From a virus (Duplodnaviria; Caudoviricetes), in the IMG/VR virus record IMGVR_UViG_2524614578_000001, positions 1 through 64,000 of that record: a DNA stretch of 64,000 bases. One strand, given 5' to 3'. Of this stretch, positions 19,362 through 28,166 are shown piece after piece; within the stretch, counting starts at the first letter, position 1, and each line of letters begins with the position of its first letter. The notes beneath the pieces are model-generated. The model did not search any database. It saw only the letters and a program-made list of their open reading frames with translations, and was not told where the DNA came from. Made by a program: the position numbers and the translations under genes.

Positions 19362-19673
19362 ATGACCACACCCGCCGACGAACTCCGCGCCGCTGCCGCG
19401 CGACTGCGAGCCCTCGCCGACATGGCGAGCCCCGGCACTTGGGAACGGGGCGGCTACGGCGACTACGGATGGACCGTCCGCCTCGGCGACACCGACGACA
19501 GCGAACTCGGGAAGGCCAACGCCGCCTACATCGCCGCCATGGGCCCGATCGTCGGCACAGCGCTCGCCGACTGGCTCGCCTCGGCCGCGGTCGCCGCCGA
19601 GTGGATCGGCCCCGATCCCCGCGCTGTTGCTGTGGCGCGCGCCATCAACCAGAGCGGAGACACCGATGCCTGA
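19362..19673 (+). CDS. Hypothetical phage protein (ead/Ea22-like pattern)
   Basis: ASPGTW...ANAAYIAAMGP...ALADWL; GGAGG RBS. Confidence 0.65.
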   Translation: MTTPADELRAAAARLRALADMASPGTWERGGYGDYGWTVRLGDTDDSELGKANAAYIAAMGPIVGTALADWLASAAVAAEWIGPDPRAVAVARAINQSGDTDA

Positions 19674-20454
19674 ACCTGACCACGACGGCCAGCGGCCCCG
19701 CGAGACTGCGCCTGTGACTGTCACAGCGACGAACGGCCCCTCCGGCGGGTTGGAGTACCCCGAGGGGGCTGAACGGGCCGCAGAGAGGCGCACGGCGCCT
19801 CGGAGTGGCAGCCGCGCCCACTGCGTTCCGCCCGGCTGCCAACCGCAGGACTGCTGCGGAGACCCCACCGCCCATCTGGCCACAATGAACTCCGACTACC
19901 CGACACGTCCCCTCCACGCCGTCGACCACCGAGAACGGCAGCAGCGGTACGCCGAAGCCATGCACCCGGAAACCGCTGGCGCTGTGACCTCTCGGGAACT
20001 CCGCCGGATCGACGCCGCCATCGCCACGGCCGATGCGGAGATCAGCAAGTTCGTCACCACGGGGCACACCGCGCTAGCCAACGAGAACGCCCGCCTACGC
20101 GCTGAGCTGGACGACTGGCGGCACAACATCGGGGTCCGGTCGTTCACCACTCCGGATGCCGACCTGGACACCGTGCTCGAAAGCCTCGATGCACGCATCC
20201 GCGACGCCAACGACCAAGCCGAGCAGCCGCCTGCCGGGCCAATATGCACCGCCGTCCTCACCGCCCACAGAACCACCTGGTGCTGCACCCAACCCGCAGG
20301 CCACTACGACGACGCCCGCGAACCCACGTGGCCCGACCACGGCCGGGCAGCCAACCCCGGCGGCTGGCACAGCAGCACCCCGCAACCCGACGAGGCCGCC
20401 CGCATCTGGTCCGACCGTGCAGCCGGAGCCACACCACACCAGGAGCAGCCGTGA
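19666..20454 (+). CDS. Hypothetical mosaic protein
   Basis: ORF overlaps both neighbours; start uncertain. Confidence 0.5.
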   Translation: MPEPDHDGQRPRETAPVTVTATNGPSGGLEYPEGAERAAERRTAPRSGSRAHCVPPGCQPQDCCGDPTAHLATMNSDYPTRPLHAVDHRERQQRYAEAMHPETAGAVTSRELRRIDAAIATADAEISKFVTTGHTALANENARLRAELDDWRHNIGVRSFTTPDADLDTVLESLDARIRDANDQAEQPPAGPICTAVLTAHRTTWCCTQPAGHYDDAREPTWPDHGRAANPGGWHSSTPQPDEAARIWSDRAAGATPHQEQP

Positions 20455-20906
20455 CCCACACCCAGCCCAACCCGGCAGACGCCGAAGCGTCATACGGGCG
20501 CAGCGAGTTGCACATCGGCTCCGGCGCCTTCCGCGACGTGTACAGATCCGCCACCATCCCCGGATGGGTCTACAAGTACCTCGACCCGACGCAGCCCACG
20601 CCCGCCAACCACTGGGAACACGACGCCTGGACAGCATTCAGCTCAGGCGCCGAAGAGTGGCCCAAGGGCATCGCCATGCCCGAGACCGTCCTGCTCAACG
20701 TCGAAGGCCACGGGCCGGTGCTGGCCGCCCGTCTCATCGAGGGTGAACAGCCGCCCGCCTGCACGGAAGTTCAGTGCATCTGTGCCGCCACGAGGGCGCG
20801 CATGTGGTCGGCCTGCTGGCGAGACGCGGCAGCCCAAGTCACCTTCGAAGTGGACGACGTGCTGGTCGTGAACGGAACGCTCTTCGTTCTCGACAGGGGG
20901 CAGTGA
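20451..20906 (+). CDS. Small protein-kinase-like protein, catalytic loop apparently degenerate
   Basis: IGSGAFRDVY Gly-loop, WVYKY lysine, NHWE helix; no HxDxxxxN. Confidence 0.55.
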   Translation: MTHTQPNPADAEASYGRSELHIGSGAFRDVYRSATIPGWVYKYLDPTQPTPANHWEHDAWTAFSSGAEEWPKGIAMPETVLLNVEGHGPVLAARLIEGEQPPACTEVQCICAATRARMWSACWRDAAAQVTFEVDDVLVVNGTLFVLDRGQ

Positions 20907-20927
20907 ACAACTAGCCCAGCACCACCG

Positions 20928-20958
20928 ACGCCCCGCCACCACACCGGTGGCGGGGCGT
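20928..20958 (+). terminator. GC hairpin
   Basis: ACGCCCCGCCACC-acacc-GGTGGCGGGGCGT. Confidence 0.65.
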
Positions 20959-21113
20959 TCGCATGCCCACACCCAATCGCCGGAGCACTGGGAGCCCAAG
21001 CAAGCAGGGGGTCGCTTAGCACCCGCACCCCCAACCACTGGCCTCCCCCCCCCTGTCGAGCAGCACCACCGCCCACCCATGAGGCAAGAACCCGCACACG
21101 AAAGGACACGGTC

Positions 21114-21293
21114 ATGAGTGCCACCCGCCCGCCCGTCATCCCCGTCCGACGAGACGGCACCCACTGGGTATTCGCCTGCATCTGGTGCCACCGCACCCAC
21201 AGACACCGCCGCCTCGGCGAACACGTCGCAGCCTGCGGCAGCCCCGACGGCCGCAACTACCGGCTCGTACCGCGACGAAAGCCGGCTACCTGA
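21114..21293 (+). CDS. Small Cys/His protein (59 aa, not in the ORF track)
   Basis: AAGGA RBS; MSATRPPVIPVRRDGTHWVFACIWCHRTHRH... Confidence 0.5.
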   Translation: MSATRPPVIPVRRDGTHWVFACIWCHRTHRHRRLGEHVAACGSPDGRNYRLVPRRKPAT

Positions 21294-21362
21294 CGGGCCA
21301 CCCGTAGACGCACAGCCGCCCCGCCCGGAATCCAGGCGGGGCGCAGTTGCGTGCGGGGGGTG

Positions 21363-21788
21363 TCAGGGCACCAAGTCGACCAGGGCCTCGAAGTCATCCA
21401 ACTTGGCACGGCGTTCGGCGATAAGCGTGCGCGCCTCGGCCCTCGTCAACTCGACGAACTCGCCGCAGCCGGTCGCATCCAACGCGAGCACCGGCGCCGT
21501 GCCCCCATCCGCGAACGGATACTGCGACACGAACACCTCCATGTCCGCCAAGCCAGCTCGCGTCGGCAGCCACACCGAATCCGAAGCGTGCGCCACGCTC
21601 TCCAAGTCGCGCGGACCAGCCGCCGCATGATCCGTCGAGCACCACGACGGGCACGGCACCAGCACCACCTCGCCGCGGAATACGGCCGCCGCCACCCTGG
21701 AACCATCACCCTGCGACACGTCCACACCGGGGCGCGCGGTGACAGATTCGCAAGGTGACACATTCGCACCCGCCGCTACACTCGGCAT
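21363..21788 (-). CDS. DUF6907-like hypothetical protein
   Basis: VPCPSWCSTDH...H motif; AAGGAGG RBS before the ATG at 21788. Confidence 0.65.
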   Translation of the reverse strand: MPSVAAGANVSPCESVTARPGVDVSQGDGSRVAAAVFRGEVVLVPCPSWCSTDHAAAGPRDLESVAHASDSVWLPTRAGLADMEVFVSQYPFADGGTAPVLALDATGCGEFVELTRAEARTLIAERRAKLDDFEALVDLVP

Positions 21789-21930
21789 CAAAGTCCTCCT
21801 TTGACTGGGACTGGACTTGCTGATCAGCGGGTTGCAGCCCGCTGGTTTCCTCAGCGGCCGGGTTTCGTGCAGCCACACGAAGCGCCCGGCCGCTGTGCTG
21901 TCTCAGACTGTAGAGCCGATCGCAACCTTC

Positions 21931-22022
21931 GTGGGGTGCCCGATTGTCCGGCGGGGTGCCCATCGTGTCGGATCGGCCCCCGGAACCTGCCCGATCGTCC
22001 GGTGGGGTGCCCGATTGTCCGG
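21931..22022. repeat. 21-bp direct repeat GTGGGGTGCCCGATTGTCCGG (21931, 22002) plus partial copies
   Basis: Read directly; partial copies at 21953 and 21988. Confidence 0.85.
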
Positions 22023-22025
22023 GCG

Positions 22026-22802
22026 TCAGAACCGGTAGCGCAGCGCGTACAGGTGGCCGGCCTTCGCCATGACCGTCGCCTCAATCGGCCGGTCCTCGTC
22101 CGTCAGCACCACTCGCAGGGTGCGCAGTACCGGGACCTGGCGCGGCAGCAGCAGCGCCTCGTATTCCTCGTGCGTCGGCTCCTCCGCTGTCACCTCGTCC
22201 CGTGTCTGCCGCGGCGGATAGCCCAGGTTTGCGAGCAGTGTCGGCGTACCGCCCTTGATCTTCTTGAACTCCATCATCGCCGTGCCCCGCGCCAACTCCA
22301 GCGGATAGAACGACTTGACCAGCTCACACGGATCCGGGTCGAAGCTGAGCAACTGCTTCCGCAGCAGCGCCCGTTCACCGTCACCCAGATCGAGAGCCGC
22401 TCTGACGTCCGCGGGCGGCACTGCCTCCTTCACCTCCAGCAACTGGATCGACGCCTGCTTCCCCTGCTTCTTCGCCTCCGTCAGCCACCGGTACGGCGCC
22501 CCCTCCTCCGCCGGCTTCGAATACGCCTCCGGCGTCAGCAACTCCCGGCGGGCCTCCAGCACATACACACCCGACCCCGGACGGCCATGCACCAACTGCT
22601 CGTCCTTCAACAGTCGCAACGCCCGCTGCACCGTCGCCGACGAGGTGCCGAACCGCTTCATCAACGTGTCGGTACTGGGTAGCTTCGCCCCGGGCGGCAG
22701 GTCGCCGGCGAGGATTTCGCGGCGCAGGTCGGCGGCGATCTGTTCGTGATCGGGGCGCGGGTCGAGGTCGTCTGCGGTGGTTCGCCTGGCACGGTCCGAC
22801 AC
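22026..22802 (-). CDS. GntR/HutC-family regulator with UTRA domain (KorSA/TraR-like)
   Basis: QIAADLRREILAGDLPPGAKLPS...TVQRAL..L..EQLV..RPGSGVYV plus a UTRA C-terminus. Confidence 0.9.
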   Translation of the reverse strand: MSDRARRTTADDLDPRPDHEQIAADLRREILAGDLPPGAKLPSTDTLMKRFGTSSATVQRALRLLKDEQLVHGRPGSGVYVLEARRELLTPEAYSKPAEEGAPYRWLTEAKKQGKQASIQLLEVKEAVPPADVRAALDLGDGERALLRKQLLSFDPDPCELVKSFYPLELARGTAMMEFKKIKGGTPTLLANLGYPPRQTRDEVTAEEPTHEEYEALLLPRQVPVLRTLRVVLTDEDRPIEATVMAKAGHLYALRYRF

Positions 22803-22807
22803 GGGGC

Positions 22808-23344
22808 TCAGCCCACTTCCATCTCGTAGCGGAGGCGCCGCGTCGCCGCGGCGGTGGTCATGATCTCGGCTTGGAACACGGTGCCGTCGGCGTCCCGGTT
22901 GCTCCGATACAGGGTGATTATCGGTTCCCCGGCGTCCATGTCGAGCGCGGCCCGGGTCTCTTCGTCGGGCATGTCGGCGACGACGTCTTCGGTGACCGAG
23001 GCGGTGGTGTAGCCGAGGCTGGCAAGCGCCGTGATCGCCCCGCCCTTGATCTTGCGCGGCTCGGCGAGGTCCGTGTCGGCGGCGATCCACAGCGGGTAGT
23101 AGGAAGTGGCGATCTCCATGGGTGCGTCATCGAGGTAGACGATGCGACGCCGCGCCACCACCGGCTGCCCCTCGTCGATGCCGAACGCGTCAGCCACGAA
23201 CGCCGGCGCCTGCACATGGCCCACGTGGTCGAGCCGGTTCGTGCCTCGCGCCCCGTGCGCGGCGGCCTCCTGCGTCCACGCATCGGCTTGTCCGGCGGTA
23301 CTCGGCGTGAGGTAGGGCGTCGATCTGCTGACCCAGTTACCCAC
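22808..23344 (-). CDS. Stand-alone UTRA-domain protein (no HTH)
   Basis: RRRIVYLDDAPMEIATSYYP...KIKGG, paralogous to the neighbour's UTRA; GAGGAGG RBS before the GTG at 23344. Confidence 0.8.
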   Translation of the reverse strand: MGNWVSRSTPYLTPSTAGQADAWTQEAAAHGARGTNRLDHVGHVQAPAFVADAFGIDEGQPVVARRRIVYLDDAPMEIATSYYPLWIAADTDLAEPRKIKGGAITALASLGYTTASVTEDVVADMPDEETRAALDMDAGEPIITLYRSNRDADGTVFQAEIMTTAAATRRLRYEMEVG

Positions 23345-23511
23345 GGGCACCTCCTCTCTGCTGCTGGTCATCGAACCTTGTCGCTTCTGCGTTCAAGGTT
23401 AGCGGCGGAGTCGAGGGCACCTCATGCCATGGAAAGCTTGCTACCTTTTCGGGAAGGCGATAAGGTTGCGAACGTTCGACCAACCGACCTCGACACCGAA
23501 GGAGGGCGCGG

Positions 23512-23745
23512 ATGCCGCTGCCCAAACGACTGCCGACGCTCTCCGTGAAGGAAGCGGCCGCCGCGCTCGGCGTCCACATCTCCACCGTCTACCGCTGGGC
23601 CGAACTCGGCGACCTGCCCGTCGTCCGCTACGGCAGCGAACCCAGCCACGGACGCCGCGGCTCAGAGATCCGCATCCCCGAACACGTCATCGCCGACCGC
23701 CTCCGCCGAGGCCCCGTCGTCGAACCCGCCCCCACCCCCGCCTGA
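23512..23745 (+). CDS. Second excisionase-like HTH_17 protein
   Basis: LSVKEAAAALGVHISTVYRWAELGDLPVVRYG...IRIP. Confidence 0.8.
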   Translation: MPLPKRLPTLSVKEAAAALGVHISTVYRWAELGDLPVVRYGSEPSHGRRGSEIRIPEHVIADRLRRGPVVEPAPTPA

Positions 23746-23817
23746 CAAAACGCAGGCGGCCCCGGACGCAGCGACGCAACCGCTGGCCGGGGCCTGGTCC
23801 CCCTAGGAGGGATTGAG

Positions 23818-25110
23818 ATGAAGCGTACTGTCCTCTTCGACTTCGAGAACGCGCCCGCCCCGAAGCCGTTCACCGCCGCGACCCGGGTCGCGCTGCGCGC
23901 CGAGTGGCTGGCCGCGAAGGACCGCCGGGATCTGTCCACCGGCCGGGACATCATCCGCGTCGCGAAGATCCACGACGAGGCGTGGCCGGACGAGGCCAGC
24001 CTGTACGACCAGATCACCGGTCGCGTTACCGAGTACGAGCAGATCGCCGAGGCCGCCTGATGGCCGCCCGGACCGAGGCTGTCGTGACGGCCGCGGTGGC
24101 GGTGCTGTCCTATGTGGTCGCCGTGATCGTGGGCTACACGGTCGCCTCCTACGGCCTGCGCACCCCGGTGCCGCACCTTGCCGCACTGGGCACGACGATC
24201 CTGACGTTCACCGTCGCCTCGAAGCTGGCCGACGCCTGGCTCGACAGCCGCAAGGCGAAGGCGGGTGAGCAGTGATGTCGCGCTACCTGGAAGAGGCCGC
24301 CGCTCTGCTGCGGAAGTCGGCGGAGACGAACGAGCGGGACAACACGGGTTATGACGGCCTCCTGATGAAGGGTCGCGAACGGATCGCGGGTCAGTTCGCG
24401 ACGCTCGCGGCGATCGACAAGGGCCTGCTGCCTGCCGAGCTGACCGAGGCCGTGCTCGACGCCATCCGCAAGGCGGGTGGCCGTGATGGCTGAGCCGGAG
24501 CCGGAGCACGGGCGGACGCGGGATGGCCAGGGGGAGAAGGCCCCGCCGGATCGCCGGACCCCAGGTAAGTCCCTGTAGATCCCCTGACGCTTCTGCGCCA
24601 ACCAGCCCTGCCGTCATCGGGGTTGGCGGGCGTGGTGGGGCCAGGCCACTGGATGCGCCACCCCTGATCGAGAGCCGGACGGACGGGCCGGACATCGACG
24701 ACCGAGAGGAACTGATGGATATGGCGGACACCGAGACCACCACCGAGACGGCCAAGGCCGCGCCTGCGGCCGAGGCGGCGGGGCCGTCGACTGCGCTGGC
24801 GACGCTGCCGACGTGGCAGGCCGTGACGGCACAGCAGCCCGAGGAGACCGCGGGGCAGGCGGCTGCGCACCTGTCGCCGCTGTCGGCGTTCCAGCCGGGG
24901 CGGGTGAACATCTGCACCGAGTACCAGATCGCAGTGATCGACGGGACGTCGGTGTCGGCGCATCTGAAGGCGGGGCTGCAGCACATGCGGGAGGCCGCGG
25001 ACCAGGTGGCTGCGGGTTCACCCGAGCACGCGGGCCGGACATCGTCTGCGCTGCGGCAGGTTCGGCAGGAGCTGGACCGCATCGCCCGGACTCTCAACAT
25101 CGGCTACTGA
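23818..25110 (+). other. Small CDSs of the transfer operon: 23818-24060, 24060-24275 (two TM segments), 24272-24493, 24715-25110
   Basis: RBSs and stop-start overlaps; no family recognised. Confidence 0.6.
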
Positions 25111-25204
25111 GCGGCGGCTGACCGCTGCCTACGTCGCCCCGGCCGAGACCGGGGCGGCAAGGGGACCGGCCAGCCGACTGGACTACATCAACAAGGAGGA
25201 CGGA

Positions 25205-25636
25205 ATGGCGGGCGACCGCGAGATCAGGGATGAAGCGCGGCTGATGGCCGACGTGTCGGTCACGAGTTTCGGGTTCCTGCACGATGCACCACCGGAGGCG
25301 CACCTGCTGCTCGACGTGCGGCAGCACTTCCGTGACCCGCACGTGAATCCGGAGCTGCGCGAACTGACCGCCAACGACGCGCCGGTGCAGGACGCCGTGA
25401 TGAGCACACACGGCATCCCGGAACTGATCGGCGCAACTGTGGTTGCCGCCCGCGCCTTCCTCGACGGCCCGTCAACAGGCACGGTGCGCATCGCCGTTGG
25501 CTGCGCCGGGGGCCGGCACCGTGCTCCCGTAGTCGCATCCGCAGTAGCCGAGCGGCTCACCGAGCCACGGCTCCGGATCGCGCTGAGGCACCGCGACATG
25601 GCCCTGCCGGTCGTGGAGCGGGGTGACGGGTCATGA
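25205..25636 (+). CDS. RapZ C-terminal-domain-like protein
   Basis: VTSFGFLH...LLDVR.HFRDPH...IAVGCAGGRHRA. Confidence 0.78.
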   Translation: MAGDREIRDEARLMADVSVTSFGFLHDAPPEAHLLLDVRQHFRDPHVNPELRELTANDAPVQDAVMSTHGIPELIGATVVAARAFLDGPSTGTVRIAVGCAGGRHRAPVVASAVAERLTEPRLRIALRHRDMALPVVERGDGS

Positions 25637-26274
25637 TGCGCCGTCCTGCCTCTGTCGTGGCGTGGCTGCTGCTCGCAGTCATCGCGTTGAAGGCGCCGGG
25701 CCTGCTGGGCGCGGCACTCAACGGCACCGTCTCGGCTGGCCGTTGGGTGCTGACTGCCCCGGGCGGCACCGCGGTCCTCGTCGCTGCTCTCGCCGTGACT
25801 CTCGTGTGGTGCGCCGCCGTGCGACCCGCCCCGACCCGCGTGAGGAGGTGGGCCTGATGACGTACGTCCTCATCGTTCTGTCGCTGCTGGCGATTACCGC
25901 TCTCGTCGGCTTGACGATCTTCGCGCTTAGTTATCCGATCCGCCGCCGCTGACCGCCAGGGAGGTCGTCATGCGCACCTACTACGTCTGGTCCATCGAGA
26001 TCGTCCTGCCGGGCGAGGGCGTCTTCGAGGCGGCCTCCACCCTGGCCGCCCCCGTGCCGATCTCCGAGGCCGGGATGCGGCAGGCAGTCGTCGAGGGCAT
26101 CGCCGACAAGCAGCACTGCAAGCCAACGAGCCTCGTCGTCGTCCGCTTCACCTACACCGAACTGCCCGCCCTGACCGCTCCGGAAGGTGCCTGATGCGTG
26201 CCCTGTACCTGCTTGCCATCGCGTGGCCGCTGATCCTCGGCACCTACCTGCTTGGCAGTCACCTCGCTCACTGA
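25633..26274 (+). other. Small CDSs, mostly membrane peptides (Spd-like): 25633-25857, 25857-25952, 25970-26194, 26194-26274
   Basis: TGATG couplings; hydrophobic peptides MTYVLIVLSLLAITALVGLTIFAL and MRALYLLAIAWPLILGTYLLG. Confidence 0.6.
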
Positions 26275-26299
26275 CCGCACTCACACATCCGAGAGGACG

Positions 26300-27364
26300 A
26301 TGACCGTGACCAGCACCCCGCAGGATGGCACCCCGCCCGTCCTGGGCGACTGGCGACCCATAGGGGTCGCGCAGCAGTCGGCCACGCCTGCGCCCGTGCA
26401 GCCCGCCACGAAGGAGCCTCGCAACCTGGGCGCCCGCTTCGGCAGCTTCATGCGTGACACCGGTCTGGGGTCGGTCGGCTTCGCCCTGGTCCTCGTCGTC
26501 GCCGTCGCCGGATGGTCCGCCAGCTTCATCGGCCTCCACGACTTCGCAACGAAGCACATGGGACTCAACGAGGACCAGGGCTGGCTGGTGCCGATCACGT
26601 TCGACGGCGCCCCTCTCGGCCTGACGCTCGTCGTGTACCGGGCCAGCGTCAACGGCCGGGGTGCAGCGATCTGGCGGCTGCTGATCTTCGCGTTCACGGG
26701 CCTGTCGTCGTGGATCAACTGGCAGCACATCGACGACCCCACCGGCCGGTGGATCGCCAGCTTCATGCCCCCTGCCGCGGTGATCCTCTTCGAGGGTTTG
26801 ATGTCGGAGGCCCGTGCCTCTGCGTCGGATCGGCCGCGGCTGCACCCGCTTCGCTGGCTCATCGACCGCGAGGGCACATGGAAGATCTACCGCGCCTACA
26901 TCCTCGGCATCGAACTGCCCGAGCACCTCACCCGCACCTCCGGCAAGGTCGTCGACAGCCGCCAGAAGCAGCCCGCCAAGAAGGAGCCGGCCGCCGCCAA
27001 GACGGCCGCCAACAGCGAGCGCCAAGTCGCCGGTTCTGGCGCCGCCAAGGAGCGCCAAGAAGCGACCGCCAAGACGGCCCCCGCTGGCGCCAAGAAGGCC
27101 GCCCCCGGGAAGCGCCAGCAGACCGCCAAGAAGGGCCGCCAGTCGGCCGCCAAGACGCGCCGCTCGATGGACGAGTGGGTGGAGCTCGGTACCCCCGTGT
27201 TCCACGCCGAGTTCAAGCGGCTGCGCCGTCAGCCGACCGGAACCGAGTTCGCGAATGCCCTGGCCGAAGCCGGACTCGGCAAGCCGGGCGCATCGACAGC
27301 GAAGAACATCCGCACCGAAATCCTCGACCGCGAACCGCTCCCGGCTCTCACCGACCCCAGCTAG
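26300..27364 (+). CDS. DUF2637/SpdB-like multi-TM spread protein with a C-terminal HTH-like domain
   Basis: Four TM segments (SASFIGL, WLVPITFDG, SSWINWQH, MPPAA..LFE), RLHPLRWLID, basic linker. Confidence 0.75.
   Translation: MTVTSTPQDGTPPVLGDWRPIGVAQQSATPAPVQPATKEPRNLGARFGSFMRDTGLGSVGFALVLVVAVAGWSASFIGLHDFATKHMGLNEDQGWLVPITFDGAPLGLTLVVYRASVNGRGAAIWRLLIFAFTGLSSWINWQHIDDPTGRWIASFMPPAAVILFEGLMSEARASASDRPRLHPLRWLIDREGTWKIYRAYILGIELPEHLTRTSGKVVDSRQKQPAKKEPAAAKTAANSERQVAGSGAAKERQEATAKTAPAGAKKAAPGKRQQTAKKGRQSAAKTRRSMDEWVELGTPVFHAEFKRLRRQPTGTEFANALAEAGLGKPGASTAKNIRTEILDREPLPALTDPS
26960..27154 (+). repeat. Cluster of nine CGCCAAG heptamers plus variants within the spd-like gene
   Basis: Copies at 26974, 26995, 27020, 27043, 27053, 27067, 27088, 27124 and 27148, in two reading frames. 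Confidence 0.75.
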
Positions 27365-27391
27365 ATCCGCACCCAACCGAAGGAGAACGGC

Positions 27392-27955
27392 ATGCCCAGT
27401 CAGAACACCGCTGTGTTCGACATGTACAAGAACCGCCAACGGGACGCCACAGCCCAGGGCACTGGCGGGCAGGGCTTCCTCCCGCCACAGCCCCGGACGA
27501 GGACGCCGAAGAACGTCAACAAGTCCAAGTCGCTGAACCCCGCTCTGAACGGCGCCATCAACATCAACATCAACAAGGGTGGTGGTGGCGCCACGAAGAA
27601 GGGCGACAAGGCGACGCCCGGCAGCGACTTCATGTCGAACGAGGACATCCGCGCCTACGCCGAGTACGGCCGCAAGCAGGCCCGGCAGCGCGCGGTCGAG
27701 CGGGCCCTCGACGCGGAGATGCTGGAGGGCCGGCTGCGGAACATCCCTAACACCCTGGGGAACATGTCCGGCGCCCGTGCCCGCGCCCGCCGTGTGACGC
27801 GGTGGCTGAAGCGGATCGCGCAGGCCGAGAAGCTGATCGCCAAGTGGTACAGCGCCCTGTACAGCGGTTTTGAGCGCGAGTACGAGGCCGAACTGATGAA
27901 GATCGGCAAGGGGCGGCAGCAGCAGAAGCCCCAGTCGAAGTTCGGGTGGCGCTGA
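27392..27955 (+). CDS. traA: Streptomyces plasmid transfer protein TraA-like
   Basis: Upstream of traB; FMSNEDIRAY...ARARARRVTRWL...FEREYEAEL. Confidence 0.65.
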   Translation: MPSQNTAVFDMYKNRQRDATAQGTGGQGFLPPQPRTRTPKNVNKSKSLNPALNGAINININKGGGGATKKGDKATPGSDFMSNEDIRAYAEYGRKQARQRAVERALDAEMLEGRLRNIPNTLGNMSGARARARRVTRWLKRIAQAEKLIAKWYSALYSGFEREYEAELMKIGKGRQQQKPQSKFGWR

Positions 27956-27956
27956 C

Positions 27957-28106
27957 GTGCTCAACGCCTGGTGGGTCATCGGAGCCGCGCTGCTGTTCGC
28001 GGCGTGGCTTCGGTGGCAGTTCTACATCCTCTTCGCTGACGGCTTGATCATCGCCGTCGTCCTGTTCCTGATCTACCTCGTGGTCGCAGCCGCCGTAAAC
28101 GGCTGA
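27957..28106 (+). CDS. 49-aa two-TM membrane peptide (not in the ORF track)
   Basis: VLNAWWVIGAALLFAAWLRWQFYILFADGLIIAVVLFLIYLVVAAAVNG fills the traA-traB gap. Confidence 0.6.
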   Translation: MLNAWWVIGAALLFAAWLRWQFYILFADGLIIAVVLFLIYLVVAAAVNG

Positions 28107-28166
28107 CACCCATCTGACCTGCATTGACACCTCGCTGACACCCGGAGTGACACCGTGGCTGACACC
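28104..28166 (+). repeat. Phased TGACACC repeats upstream of and overlapping the traB start (clt-like)
   Basis: Copies at 28104, 28125, 28136, 28148 and 28160, plus TGACCTG at 28115; 10-12 bp period. Confidence 0.85.
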
